Part shown: piece after piece, positions 36,837 to 46,598 of the stretch | How positions within the stretch are numbered: the first letter of the stretch is position 1 | Layout: every line of letters begins with the position of its first letter | Source of the DNA: an uncultured bacterium | GTDB lineage: Bacteria; Verrucomicrobiota; Verrucomicrobiia; Chthoniobacterales; SZAS-18 | DNA length: 64,000 bases | Direction: 5' to 3' | NCBI GenBank assembly: GCA_963702865.1 | Contig: OY969764.1 | Coordinates: forward strand, 3,440,874-3,504,873 | The notes under the pieces: generated by a model | The model's input: only the letters and a program-made list of their open reading frames with translations | The model's database searches: none | What the model was told of the DNA's origin: nothing | Made by a program: the position numbers and the translations under genes

Positions 36837-38156
36837 TTATAAGGGAGACTGCAAGGGCGGCGCAAATGGATTCTCCGGGCGAGAATCTCCGGGGATGGCG
36901 CGCAGCACCGCGCTAGCGAACATTCCGCTCGACGCGGGCTCCCGCTCATAGGGCACGGGTGCTTGCGCCAGGGAACGGATCTCGCAAGCCGGCGGCACCT
37001 GGCCCATCAACGACTCGAAATACGCCGCGGCACTGGGCGCAAAAGGAAAGCACCGCCAAAAACAATAGCCATTCAGGCCGTAATTGCAGGCGGCTCGGGA
37101 GACGGTCGAGGACACGGAGTAGACCGCCTCGATATTCTGCGCGTGCCTCAGGAAATAAAGCTCGGCCACCTCCGCATCGTTCTCCACCGTGAAGCCGTCC
37201 AGGCGCAGCCGGCCAGGTTCCTCTTTTTCGGCTGGATGTGGGCGGTAGAGCAACCGGCAACGGCCGCCGTAATGCTCGCGCAAAAAATCCAGGCAACGGT
37301 TCAGGATTTCGACGTACACCTCCGGCGGCAGGTTGCGCACGAGCAAGAACGGCGTGCCGAAAAATACGACCAGCCGCTCTTGCTCCGCGCGCGCTGCCGG
37401 CGCCGGCAACAGTTCGCGCAGATCGTGCAGATGCGGAAAGGGTGCGGCGGTCACTTGCCCGTTGACTCCCGGCGGAAGTTCGCGGCCGCTCTGGCTGAGC
37501 ACCACAATCGCCTGGAACGTCTCCTCCAGCGAAGCTTGCAGCCGCTCCAGCCGGACGCCGTCGCCGCCGCGCGAACGCCACGGCTTGAGATGCAACGTCC
37601 GCCCCACTCCGCTGGCCGGTTCGAGGAAGCGGTTCTGGAGCCAACCCGAGGTGGTATGCCGATAGTGTATGAAATCGGCGGGCCGGCTGGCGTCGACGTA
37701 TTTCTTCAAGGTCACGCAAAGGACCTTGTTCACGGCGGGATAAGCCGACGCCAGCGCGTTGGCGAGATTGGTGATCCCGGCCAGGCAGACGATGGCGTCC
37801 CCGGGTTGAATTGCCAACGCGGCGAGATGCTCCTGCCTCGCTTTCAGAGCGCGGAAATGCCGGGGAAGATCGCGCAAGCCACGGCACGCTGGCACTTTAT
37901 TGATGGCATCAATCCGCCCGAAAACGGGGCGATACGCATCCCAGTGCGCGTGGCGCCACCAGGAAGAATCCTCGTGCAACAGGCGGCAGGAGGAAAAGCC
38001 GGGGCGCGCCCGGAGCGCGAGAGCCAGGGCCTCCAGCAAGCGATCCGGCCGCGCCAGCGCGAGGTGAAGGCAGCGGTTTTGCATCTGGGAACACTGGCGG
38101 TGGCAACCTGCCGTTGAGCGCGCCCACCGTCCAGTCTCACCATGCGGCAAAAACAA
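36837..38156 (-). CDS. Hypothetical protein (start uncertain; probably an internal Met)
   Basis: Long ORF with coding-like composition; no motif I can assign confidently. The C-terminal half (YRPHP...EAVYSVSSTV) is faintly glycosyl/phosphotransferase-like. Confidence 0.35.
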   Translation of the reverse strand: MFLPHGETGRWARSTAGCHRQCSQMQNRCLHLALARPDRLLEALALALRARPGFSSCRLLHEDSSWWRHAHWDAYRPVFGRIDAINKVPACRGLRDLPRHFRALKARQEHLAALAIQPGDAIVCLAGITNLANALASAYPAVNKVLCVTLKKYVDASRPADFIHYRHTTSGWLQNRFLEPASGVGRTLHLKPWRSRGGDGVRLERLQASLEETFQAIVVLSQSGRELPPGVNGQVTAAPFPHLHDLRELLPAPAARAEQERLVVFFGTPFLLVRNLPPEVYVEILNRCLDFLREHYGGRCRLLYRPHPAEKEEPGRLRLDGFTVENDAEVAELYFLRHAQNIEAVYSVSSTVSRAACNYGLNGYCFWRCFPFAPSAAAYFESLMGQVPPACEIRSLAQAPVPYEREPASSGMFASAVLRAIPGDSRPENPFAPPLQSPL

Positions 38157-38205
38157 TATTCGCCCGGGGGCGTGGCTTTACATCGGCAGGGTGGCCCATT
38201 AGAAA

Positions 38206-39600
38206 ATGGGTTGCATCATGCCGGACGATCCCGAAGAGGCTCAGGCGCCATCCAGCGACCTCCTCACTCCCCTCCCCCGGTTGATCCCCCGGGTGCGCCC
38301 GGACGCGCCAAAAGCGGCCACCGCGGAACCGGCGGCAAACCTCCAATCCGCCGTCGAGCACCTCGTCCGCGCGCTGACGAAAAACGGACCGGCCTCGCCC
38401 GGTGCGAGCGGACCTCTGCCGGAGGACACGGCGGCGCTCGAAAAACTAGGAGCGAAGACCGGTCATCGCTTTCAAAGGGCGGCGGGTCCGGACCAGCGCA
38501 CGCCAGACCCGGTAACAGCCGGGGCCGGGACGGGTACCACGAGCTTCGGGCGCCAACCCGGCATCAGCCACGCCGTTGCCATGGCAGCCGCCCGTCCACC
38601 CGCTCGCGGGTTGGCCGCGTTGCGGCAGCATCCGTTTTTTCTTTGGGTCGTGGTGCAGGTCTTTGCCTTCGGGTTGATTTTGTTCGGGATTTTGCTGGGA
38701 TCGCTCGGCTCGGGACCCGCGGCACCGCCCGGGCCCACTCCGGCCGCCGCGTTGCCCAACCCAGCTGCCGCGGCGTCAGACGCGGTGCCCGACCTGACGG
38801 AAGACGAGCGGGGACACGCCCTGCAAACCGCCAACATGGCCTTGGGCGCGGAGAACGCGGGCGATCTCGCCACCGCCGGGCGGCTCTTTGACTCCATCGA
38901 CAAGCCGCCGGTCCAACTCCCGGGGACCGATTACCAGATGGCGCTGCTCGCTCTGCGCCGCCAGGATCCGCAAGATGCCGATCTACACCTGGCGAAATCC
39001 GTGCAAAAAGGCCAGTCGGTGCCGGCGTGTTGTTACGTGCGGGCTTTTTTGGCCGGAGCCAAGGGGGATTACAATGAAGCCGCCCGTCAGTTCAACGAAG
39101 CGACTCAGGCTGAGCCCTACAATGCCCGGTATTTCTTTTATTGGGGTGAGGCCTTGCGCCGCGCGGGTAAGCCGCAGGCGGCCATCACGTGCATCCGGCT
39201 GGCGCTGTCCCGTTCGGTCCCGCCCGCGGAGGGAGAGCTCTACGAATTCAAACTGCGTCTGGCCCAGCTCGAAGCCGGGGGCGAAGATCCCTTGAACGGT
39301 GCGATCGAGGACAACCTCCGGCAGTTACAGCCCACCGGCGATTGGTTGCTCTTGGCGGGCGTCGAGAATCTGCAGCGCGGCGCGTTCACCGCCGCGGCCG
39401 ATTTCCTGCAGCGGGCCGCCGCCGCGTTGCCGGCGGAAGCGTATGAGACCTGGGTGCGGGACTACGCCTTCCAGTTGTACGCGGGTCACAAGGAAGTGGC
39501 TACTTTGCTCAAGCTCCCACCCGGCGCCGGGCAGCCTGCTGGTGTGCCGGATGCCACCGTTTTGCCGTTGGCGGAAGCCGACCCGGCCTTGTGGCGATGA
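38206..39600 (+). CDS. TPR-repeat protein with Pro/Ala-rich low-complexity N-terminal half and a TM segment
   Basis: C-terminal TPR-like helices (YQMALLALRRQDPQDADLHLAKSV..., ARYFFYWGEALRRAGKPQAAITC...); hydrophobic stretch FFLWVVVQVFAFGLILFGILLGSL. Confidence 0.5.
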   Translation: MGCIMPDDPEEAQAPSSDLLTPLPRLIPRVRPDAPKAATAEPAANLQSAVEHLVRALTKNGPASPGASGPLPEDTAALEKLGAKTGHRFQRAAGPDQRTPDPVTAGAGTGTTSFGRQPGISHAVAMAAARPPARGLAALRQHPFFLWVVVQVFAFGLILFGILLGSLGSGPAAPPGPTPAAALPNPAAAASDAVPDLTEDERGHALQTANMALGAENAGDLATAGRLFDSIDKPPVQLPGTDYQMALLALRRQDPQDADLHLAKSVQKGQSVPACCYVRAFLAGAKGDYNEAARQFNEATQAEPYNARYFFYWGEALRRAGKPQAAITCIRLALSRSVPPAEGELYEFKLRLAQLEAGGEDPLNGAIEDNLRQLQPTGDWLLLAGVENLQRGAFTAAADFLQRAAAALPAEAYETWVRDYAFQLYAGHKEVATLLKLPPGAGQPAGVPDATVLPLAEADPALWR

Positions 39601-39626
39601 ACGGGGAGAAACCGCCTGTTCAGAAA

Positions 39627-40577
39627 CTAGCGGCTGGGCGTTACGACCAGCGGGGTCCCGCAGAGGCGTTTGGAGAGATCGACGGGCACATCCAGCGAGG
39701 CGTTGCCGCCCGCGGGATCGATCTGGTAACTCCAGACCTCAAACCGCTCCCAACGCGCCGCGCCGTAAATAGTCGAAAACGCTCCGTCCACCGCATCGAG
39801 CCCATGCGCGATTTTTACCCGGCCGATCCGGCGTTGATTGAAGCGCGCGTCGAACACGTACCACTTGCCGCCGAGATACACTTCGAAGTAGGCATGAAAA
39901 TCCATCGGCGTACCGGGATCCGTCACGCCGATATCGGGCACGTAACCGGACACGTAACGCGCCGGCAGATTGAAGGTCCGGCAGAGCGTAATCGCCGTAT
40001 GCGCAAAGTCCCGGCAGACCCCGAAGCGTTGTGCCACGATGTCCGAGGCGGCGGTGTTCGGCGAGCCGCTAAAGGTGCGGTACTCAATATTCGTATGCAC
40101 CCAATCGCAGATCGCCTGCACCCGTTCGGCGCCGTGGGCCACCTGGCCGAAGTGATCGAAAGCGAAATCCAGCAGCTTATCCGAGTCGCAGTAGCGGCTC
40201 GGCAAAGTGTAGCGCAGCAGGCTGTCGGGCAGTAGTTCCACCGGGACGGGCGGGCCGAAGGAACCCGCGTTTTCCGGCAGGGACGGCACCCAAACCAGCG
40301 AGTCGTAGCGGATGGTGTTCAGGCCGGTCTCCAGCTTGCACCGGTGGATGATGTTGCCGTGCGCATCCTCGTACTCGACGAAGCCCTGGCGCGGCTCGAT
40401 ACGCAGGCGTTCGCAGTCGATCTGCTGCACAGGGCCTTGCCGCGGCTTGAGTGTCAGGAAAATTGGCGCCGGATCCTGCGCCCGGTACGTGATTTCACAG
40501 CCGCACCGCAGCAGAATATCGAGCGGCGGGACGTCGAGGATGGCCGTGGATGGCGGTTCGAGGGTCAAGGCATTCAT
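39627..40577 (-). CDS. Transglutaminase-family protein (bacterial N-terminal domain + Cys-protease-like core)
   Basis: FGVCRDFAHTAITLCRTFNLPARYVSGY...DFHAYFEVYLGGKWYVFDA (Cys/His/Asp core). Confidence 0.75.
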   Translation of the reverse strand: MNALTLEPPSTAILDVPPLDILLRCGCEITYRAQDPAPIFLTLKPRQGPVQQIDCERLRIEPRQGFVEYEDAHGNIIHRCKLETGLNTIRYDSLVWVPSLPENAGSFGPPVPVELLPDSLLRYTLPSRYCDSDKLLDFAFDHFGQVAHGAERVQAICDWVHTNIEYRTFSGSPNTAASDIVAQRFGVCRDFAHTAITLCRTFNLPARYVSGYVPDIGVTDPGTPMDFHAYFEVYLGGKWYVFDARFNQRRIGRVKIAHGLDAVDGAFSTIYGAARWERFEVWSYQIDPAGGNASLDVPVDLSKRLCGTPLVVTPSR

Positions 40578-41296
40578 CAGGAGCGAACAACAGCTTCAGG
40601 GTGAGTCACGCGGTCGAAGAAGGCCGCGAAGAGCGGGGCGTAGATGGCGCCGCGTTCCGGGTGGTATTGCACGCCCAGGGCGTACGGATATCCGCGCAGC
40701 CGGACCTGCTCGATGATGCCGTCGCTCGCGGACCAGGCCTCAATTTCCAGGCCGTCCCCCAGGCGGTCGATGGCTTGGTGATGCGAGCTGTTGACGCTGG
40801 CAAAACGCGGCGCCGGCGGAGCGTCGGCGGCATAGCGCAGTGGTTGGAGATCGCCGTCGCGCAAGGCCGGGTCTTCATGCCCGGGAATATCCAGGATCAG
40901 CGTGCCGCCGAGGCCGACATTGAGGATTTGATGGCCCTTGCAGATCGCGAAGATCGGCAGGCGGCGGCCCAACGCCGCGCTCAAGGCCGCGAACTCCCAG
41001 CGATCGCGGTCCGGTTGCGCGTCTTCGATAAGCGCGGGGTTCGGAATGGGTTGATGCAGAAACTCCGCCGAAATATCCGGGCCGCCGGTCAGGAGCAGAC
41101 CGGTGGCGTCCTCCGCCAGCGGCTCATCACCATCGCTGGGCGGCAGGTGACGGGCATTCACCACGTCCAGGTCCGGGCGCGCGGCAAACCAGGGCGCAAA
41201 GACGTTCTCATCTTTTTCGCGGATCCAGGTGGCAATCTTGGGCATAATTTTCGGCTGGGATAACGGTACGCTCCGCACGGAGGAACGCCACGTCAT
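40577..41296 (-). CDS. Class I glutamine amidotransferase-like gamma-glutamyl hydrolase (peptidase C26/PuuD-like)
   Basis: FAICKGHQILNVGLGGTL...SHHQAIDRLGDGL...VQYHPE. Its stop shares one nucleotide with the transglutaminase start. Confidence 0.7.
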   Translation of the reverse strand: MTWRSSVRSVPLSQPKIMPKIATWIREKDENVFAPWFAARPDLDVVNARHLPPSDGDEPLAEDATGLLLTGGPDISAEFLHQPIPNPALIEDAQPDRDRWEFAALSAALGRRLPIFAICKGHQILNVGLGGTLILDIPGHEDPALRDGDLQPLRYAADAPPAPRFASVNSSHHQAIDRLGDGLEIEAWSASDGIIEQVRLRGYPYALGVQYHPERGAIYAPLFAAFFDRVTHPEAVVRS

Positions 41297-41436
41297 ACCG
41301 CCGCCGCCGCTGCCGTCACGTCCCTGCCCTATGCGAGCCCAGGCGGACCCGAACGGTCACGCCTGCGGCCAAGCGAATCCTTGCCACAGGACCAGCCGAT
41401 GTCCACCGCGAATCCTCTCCCGGCAGCCGCGATCTT

Positions 41437-42117
41437 TCAGGCGGCCGCGCCCAGGGCGTACTGGCGGCAATGCTCGAGGTAGGCTCCTTCGTGGCTGACG
41501 ACCAACTCGACCACGCTGGACCACAGCCAGGAAGGCGCATCCAATGTTTTGGTCCGGTTGCGTTGCAACTCTTTGCGCCAGGCCCGGCGGGCGTTCTGGT
41601 CAAGCTGGCGGGCATGCGCTTTGCCCACCACCGACGCCAGGAACTTCGCTACCTTGACCGACTCGCCTACGGTCAATTGCTCGATCTCGAACTTCAAATC
41701 CTGCGGCAGCAGTTCGCGCAAGAAAACAGCGCGATCCTGCAATTTGGCGGCCAGCATTCTTTCGCCCAAAGCCGGCGAAAGATGCCAGGCGGCGCTGGCC
41801 AGCGAAAGCCCCAGCCGGACCAGATCGTGCGCCGGATTGCCGATGACGGTCTGGTCAAGATCGCGAATTTGGATGGCAATCTCGCCCTGCGCATTGGCAA
41901 TCGGACCGAGGTTGCCCACGTGGCAATCCCCACAGATCCAGACGGGCGGACCTTGCGGGATGGCCGTTGCCTGTTTTGTTTGCAACCAGGCGTAAAACCT
42001 CTCGGTATTGCCGCGCACGTAAGCGTGGGCGGAACGCGCCATCTTCAAATTGCGCCGTTCGATTAGGACCGACTGGCGTTCCTGGGGGGCGGTGAACCGC
42101 GTTTGCGTCCGCTTCAT
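41437..42117 (-). CDS. DUF2252-like protein
   Basis: N-terminal SAHAYVRGNTERFY...ICGDCHVGNLG pattern seen in DUF2252 proteins. Confidence 0.45.
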   Translation of the reverse strand: MKRTQTRFTAPQERQSVLIERRNLKMARSAHAYVRGNTERFYAWLQTKQATAIPQGPPVWICGDCHVGNLGPIANAQGEIAIQIRDLDQTVIGNPAHDLVRLGLSLASAAWHLSPALGERMLAAKLQDRAVFLRELLPQDLKFEIEQLTVGESVKVAKFLASVVGKAHARQLDQNARRAWRKELQRNRTKTLDAPSWLWSSVVELVVSHEGAYLEHCRQYALGAAA

Positions 42118-42363
42118 GCCTCGTATTCGGATAGAACACGCGGCGCGGCTTCGGCGCGGCGAAAGATGCGAGCAGCGTGACTGCTGCTGTCGAATCCGCC
42201 ATTGTCTGCGCCGGGCACAACCTGGACAGCGGTTCCTATCCTTACGACTATGTTTGCGTTTTTCTCCGGCCGCCTGGGTTGCATTGGTTCGATCATCGTT
42301 TCGCTGCTCGGCACCGCTGTATTGCTGCTCGTGCTGCGCGGTTGCAACGGGTAACGTGCTTCG

Positions 42364-43350
42364 ATGAAGCTAGATGCCGAGCCGCGGCCGGGCATGCCAG
42401 AGTGGGACGTGATCATCGTGGGCGGGGGGCCTGCGGGTTTGAGCGCGGCGCTGGTCCTTGGCCGTTGTTTGCGCCGGGTTCTGGTTTGCGATGCCGGCCA
42501 TCCGCGCAACGAGCCTGCCAAAATTTTCAACGGCTACCTGTCGCGGGACGGCTCGACGCCCGGCGAGTTCCTGGCCATCTCGCGGGAGCAATTGAAACGG
42601 TATCGCGAGACGGTGGAATTGCGCCAAGCCAAGGTGACCGCCGTGGACCGCAAGGACTGCCGCTTCACGGTCACGCTGGAGAGCGGTGAGAGCCTTGATT
42701 CGCGCCTGCTGCTGATCGCCAGCGGCCTGGTGGATGAACTGCCGCCGATTGAAAATCTCGCCCAATTCTACGGCCACAGCGTGCACAGTTGCCCGTACTG
42801 CGACGGGTGGGAAGTGCGCGGCCAGCCGCTGGCCGTGGCCGGCGGCGATCAATGCGCGGCGGATCTCGCAATCGAACTGCTGCTCTGGAGCAAGGACGTC
42901 GTGCTATGTGCCAACGGTCCGCTTACGTGCGACGAAAAGACGCGCGCTACCCTGCGGCGGCTCGGCCTTCGGGTCGTGGAGACGAAGATCAGAGCCTTGG
43001 AAGGGACCGGCTCTGCACTGGCGGGTGTCCGCTTTGCGGATGGGAGTTTTTTGCCGCGGCAGGCGTTGTTTTTTTCGCCCGGCCAACATCAGCGCTCGCC
43101 CCTGGCGGAGCAACTAGGCTGCGATTTCTGCCCGGAGGACAACTGCATCCTGGTCGGCGAAGACACGACGTCCACCGGCGTACCGGGCGTGTATGCCGCC
43201 GGCAATTGCAGCCGGGGGATTCAACTGGTTATCAACGCCGTGGCGGAGGGAATGCGGGCAGCCTTTGCCATGAATAACGCGTTGCTGGAGGCCGACGCGG
43301 AGTCCGGGGCGTTGCAGCACACGGCGGAGGCCGTTCTGCCCGCGGCCTAG
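42364..43350 (+). CDS. FAD/NAD(P)-dependent pyridine-nucleotide-disulfide oxidoreductase (thioredoxin-reductase-like)
   Basis: WDVIIVGGGPAGLSAALVLGR (Rossmann fold), CPYCDG redox-like motif, second GxGxxA (VAGGDQCAADLA). Confidence 0.7.
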   Translation: MKLDAEPRPGMPEWDVIIVGGGPAGLSAALVLGRCLRRVLVCDAGHPRNEPAKIFNGYLSRDGSTPGEFLAISREQLKRYRETVELRQAKVTAVDRKDCRFTVTLESGESLDSRLLLIASGLVDELPPIENLAQFYGHSVHSCPYCDGWEVRGQPLAVAGGDQCAADLAIELLLWSKDVVLCANGPLTCDEKTRATLRRLGLRVVETKIRALEGTGSALAGVRFADGSFLPRQALFFSPGQHQRSPLAEQLGCDFCPEDNCILVGEDTTSTGVPGVYAAGNCSRGIQLVINAVAEGMRAAFAMNNALLEADAESGALQHTAEAVLPAA

Positions 43351-43351
43351 C

Positions 43352-43439
43352 TGGCGGAGGAGGTGGGATTCGAACCCACGGGACCTTTCAGCCCTCCGGT
43401 TTTCAAGACCGGCGCAATCGACCGCTCTGCCACCCCTCC
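43352..43439 (-). tRNA. tRNA-Ser (anticodon UGA), type II with long variable arm, CCA encoded
   Basis: Reverse complement: GGAGGGGTGGCAGAGCGGTCGATTGCGCCGGTCTTGAAAACCGGAGGGCTGAAAGGTCCCGTGGGTTCGAATCCCACCTCCTCCGCCA. Acceptor stem 7 bp with one G-U pair; anticodon stem CCGGT/ACCGG; loop CTTGAAA gives anticodon TGA; T-arm GGTTCGAATCC. Confidence 0.85.
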
Positions 43440-43900
43440 CGGTTGCTAGTTGCGCAGGGGCATACGCCACCGCGCCGGAAAGTTCGCATCGGCAGGGCGC
43501 TTCGCAAGCGGGAGAGCAGGCCCAGGCACCAGTTTCGACCCACTTTAGGCTTGAATACGAGACGAGGTAGCCGTTCATTGCTAGCGTAACGTCTGCTCCC
43601 CGCGACCGTGAGCTGTGTCCGACAATGAAATATCTTCAACATCGTCGCTATCTAAAGGCGCTCCTGCAGGAGGCGCGCTTGTGTCAGCCATCGCGTACCT
43701 CCGCCGAGGCTTACGCCGGGATGGCACGTACCAAGGAGTTGGAGAGTGGGACGTCGTCGATCACCAACGGCGACTTTTGTACCAATGGGCCGTCAAGGAG
43801 CGTCTAAGCATTCCCGTTGAAATCATACCGGCCCAAGAAGGCGGTCGTGAGCATGATGTTCGCTTTGACGAATTCAGCAATCGCTGGCTGAAGTTCACAC

Positions 43901-45994
43901 CTACGGCCCGGGCATGATTTTTACCTCGGCCGGCGTCGTGGTGCCGACGGCGTAGTTGGTCCCCGGCTCCAGCGTCAACTTGACCTTCACCGTGCCAGCG
44001 TCAGCCACGTTTCCCAGCGGGGTGATCTTGATCACCTTGCTGGTGTCGCCGGCCTTGAACTTGGCCACTCCGCTCAGCGCAAGATAGTCGACTCCCGGCA
44101 CAGCGTCACCCTTCACATCATAGTTGATCAGCAATTCGGTGGTGCGCGCGTCGGGGATGCTCAGCGTGAACTCGCCGAGCTCGCCCCCCGTGGCGGTGAT
44201 CTCCGGCACGGTCGCCACGATGGTGACCACCGGAACGGCAACCTGCAGCGTCAGCGTGGCCGAACCCGTCCCGGCGCCATTGGCCGCTGCCAGCGCAATC
44301 GGAAACGTCCCACCAGCGGTCGGCGTGCCCACGATTTTACCGCCGGCCGCATCCAGGGTCATCCCTGCCGGCAGCCCGCTGGCGGAAAAGGTGGCGGGCG
44401 CGTTGCTGCCGCTAATCTGGTACTCCGCCGCCTCCCCGATCTGGATCGTACCGCTGAGCGCGCTGGTGATGGTAGGCGGCCCGGGTGCCACCAATAACGG
44501 CGTCAAATGGCTCAACAACACGCCGTAGCCAACGTCGTTCGGGTGCAGGCCATCGAACGTATGCGCGGCGGGATCCGTATACTTGGCGTCCGGACCGTTG
44601 TCTTGGAGTAACCCCCAGTTCGAAGTATCGGCATACTGCACGTTCGGCGCGCCAGTCGCGGAGACGGCTGCCTCAATGGCGCTGTTCCAAACCGCAATGG
44701 CGCTTGGAGTGAAATTCGTTCTCGGCAGAATGCCCAGGCAGATAATGGGACACGTCGACGGCACTCCCGCCGCAATCTTCGTCAGCATGGCCTGATAAGA
44801 AGTCTGAAACGCCGCCGTGGTTTCGGGGCCGCCTTCCTGCGCCATGTCGTTCGTGCCGTAAAGGATGACCACGGCATCGGCGCCGGCGGCGTTCGAGGTG
44901 ACATCGGTGGTCCTGGCTTCCCCCGCGTCGTCGGTGTAGGTCACGTCGCCGCTGGGGAATTCGTGCACCGTCGTGCCAGAAACGCCGCGGTTGAAGACGG
45001 CCCAACCGAGCGACGCACCCAACTGCTGGCTGAACGCCTGCGACGAATCGTTGCCGGTGCCCCTGAGACCTTGCACGATGCTATCACCGTAGGTGATCAG
45101 GTGCGGGCGGGGAATGGTAACCACCGGGGACAACGAGCCGCCGACGGTCATCAAGGACCACATATAGAAGCCGTAGTGCGGATTGGCGCTCGCCACGCCG
45201 TATCGATGGGGAGCGCCGTCACCCTGGAACAGGGTGACCCAGCCATAGTTTGCTACTTGAGGTTGAGCAACCGTACCGACTTCCACCCCATCGACAAAGA
45301 GGCTTAATAGTCCTCCGCCGCCATACATCCACGCTTGGATCGTGCCGGTGGCCGACGCCGTGAAATAGAGCCCCTCATCCGGGAACTCCCCCGCCCCAAA
45401 GTACAGGGAGGGGTAGCCGCCGGCGCTCTGTTGCACCAGGCCGCCCTCCGGCTGGATAAAAGGGGTGACTCCCACAGGGTCGCTCAGTTGATACTGCGGT
45501 CCGAAATTAGCGGTCGGCGCGCCGATGGAGGGAGCCGCGCCTTTGACGATAAAAGTTGGCTGGCTTTGCGGCCCCGTGCCCGTGTCCAGATAGAAATCCG
45601 AACCTTCAAAGGATTGCTTGATCGTGAGCGCGTGGGTGCCTTCCGCCCCGAGGTCGATCGCCAGTGAAGTCCATTCATTGACCTTGAAGAAAGTGGGGGT
45701 GTAAGTGACTCCGTCGACGGTAACCGTGATGTTGGTAGCGCCCTTCGAGTAACAAGTGACGTCCATCGAAGTGCCGACGACCGACGCGTCCAGTTGGCTG
45801 CCGTAAGCGCCGCCCGAGTAAGGACGGCTGTTGCTCGGACTTACCGGCCAATAACCGGATAAGGCCACGCCGGAAGATGCGAGGAGGAAATCAGCCTTCT
45901 CCGCCTGCGCCAGCCCTGCCGTCAGTAGCAACAGAAGCCCCACGATCGCTGGCGTGCTCTGCAACCGCTTCAATCTGCTCAAGATAGATTTCAT
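43901..45994 (-). CDS. Secreted SGNH/GDSL hydrolase with Ig-like and C-terminal Calx-beta domains
   Basis: Signal peptide MKSILSRLKRLQSTPAIVGLLLLLTAGLAQA; GDSL block ITYGDSIVQG, GTND block VVILYGTNDMAQ, DGLHPN block; putative Ig domain SGLPAGMTLDAAGGKIVGTPTAGGTF; Calx-beta PGVDYLALSGVAKFKAGDTSKVIKITPL. Confidence 0.7.
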   Translation of the reverse strand: MKSILSRLKRLQSTPAIVGLLLLLTAGLAQAEKADFLLASSGVALSGYWPVSPSNSRPYSGGAYGSQLDASVVGTSMDVTCYSKGATNITVTVDGVTYTPTFFKVNEWTSLAIDLGAEGTHALTIKQSFEGSDFYLDTGTGPQSQPTFIVKGAAPSIGAPTANFGPQYQLSDPVGVTPFIQPEGGLVQQSAGGYPSLYFGAGEFPDEGLYFTASATGTIQAWMYGGGGLLSLFVDGVEVGTVAQPQVANYGWVTLFQGDGAPHRYGVASANPHYGFYMWSLMTVGGSLSPVVTIPRPHLITYGDSIVQGLRGTGNDSSQAFSQQLGASLGWAVFNRGVSGTTVHEFPSGDVTYTDDAGEARTTDVTSNAAGADAVVILYGTNDMAQEGGPETTAAFQTSYQAMLTKIAAGVPSTCPIICLGILPRTNFTPSAIAVWNSAIEAAVSATGAPNVQYADTSNWGLLQDNGPDAKYTDPAAHTFDGLHPNDVGYGVLLSHLTPLLVAPGPPTITSALSGTIQIGEAAEYQISGSNAPATFSASGLPAGMTLDAAGGKIVGTPTAGGTFPIALAAANGAGTGSATLTLQVAVPVVTIVATVPEITATGGELGEFTLSIPDARTTELLINYDVKGDAVPGVDYLALSGVAKFKAGDTSKVIKITPLGNVADAGTVKVKLTLEPGTNYAVGTTTPAEVKIMPGP

Positions 45995-46598
45995 TTCGTC
46001 TAAGTAGTCCCGCCATCTGGCCCTTCCCTCACCACTTTCGCTCCTGCGCGACGATCACCCGTTACTACCGGCGAACACCGCGGAGGGGTACGAGAACGCG
46101 TTTCGGAAATCAACAAAAAAACGTCAAAGAGCCCTGCCCCGTGATAGTCAAACCAGCCGGACTCGCCGAAGTTGCGCCAGACGCCATCGACGATTTGCCA
46201 GCGCCCCTGGACGAGCCGTTTTTGCCTGGAACAACGGGGCACACGAACTGCTTTTGCGAGGCGAATGCTGAAAAAGCCGCGGGGTGGTACGTCCGGGCAG
46301 CCTCCCGGACGCAGATTGGTTCCCTTTGGTTCACGCTGATCAAAAACGATTGCGGGCTCAACACTTTGTGACAACATGCGCCGATGAATGGGCTTTTCGA
46401 CGTCAGACCGCTGAGGGAACGCGTCTCCGGATGCGTCTGGGCACCTCTACCGCATGCTTGATTTGCGCAGCCCGGATTCGCCCAGGTCTTCCCCGGTCCC
46501 GGTCCTGAAAATGCCCGCGCAGCCGGCTACGGTGCCCGCCTTGCACCCGCGCCACGGCGAGACGGCCGGGCACCCGGTGGCAACCCAAGCCTTATAAG

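Noticed and set aside
38206-39600. Pro/Ala-rich N-terminal half of the TPR protein as a possible separate gene or frameshift
   Set aside because: The reading frame is continuous with no internal stop. Low-complexity linkers preceding TPR arrays are common, and there is no evidence for a frameshift.
43352-43439. Integrated prophage or genomic island at tRNA-Ser
   Set aside because: No integrase, recombinase, phage structural genes or obvious attL/attR direct repeat were recognised by eye. This is kept only as a boundary hypothesis in the findings.
43615-43917. 100-aa ORF just downstream of the tRNA 5' side, considered as a possible integrase remnant or small gene
   Set aside because: No recognisable motif. 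It overlaps the 3' end of the convergent SGNH/Calx-beta gene and has composition typical of non-coding GC-rich sequence. It stays unannotated at low confidence rather than being called.
24048-45994. PEP-CTERM / exosortase sorting signals on the secreted repeat proteins (to link them to the PrsK-like kinase hypothesis)
   Set aside because: The C-termini (…VPIPAVL, …RTVTK, …KIMPGP) lack the PEP motif, a TM helix and an Arg-rich tail. No exosortase gene is in the window.
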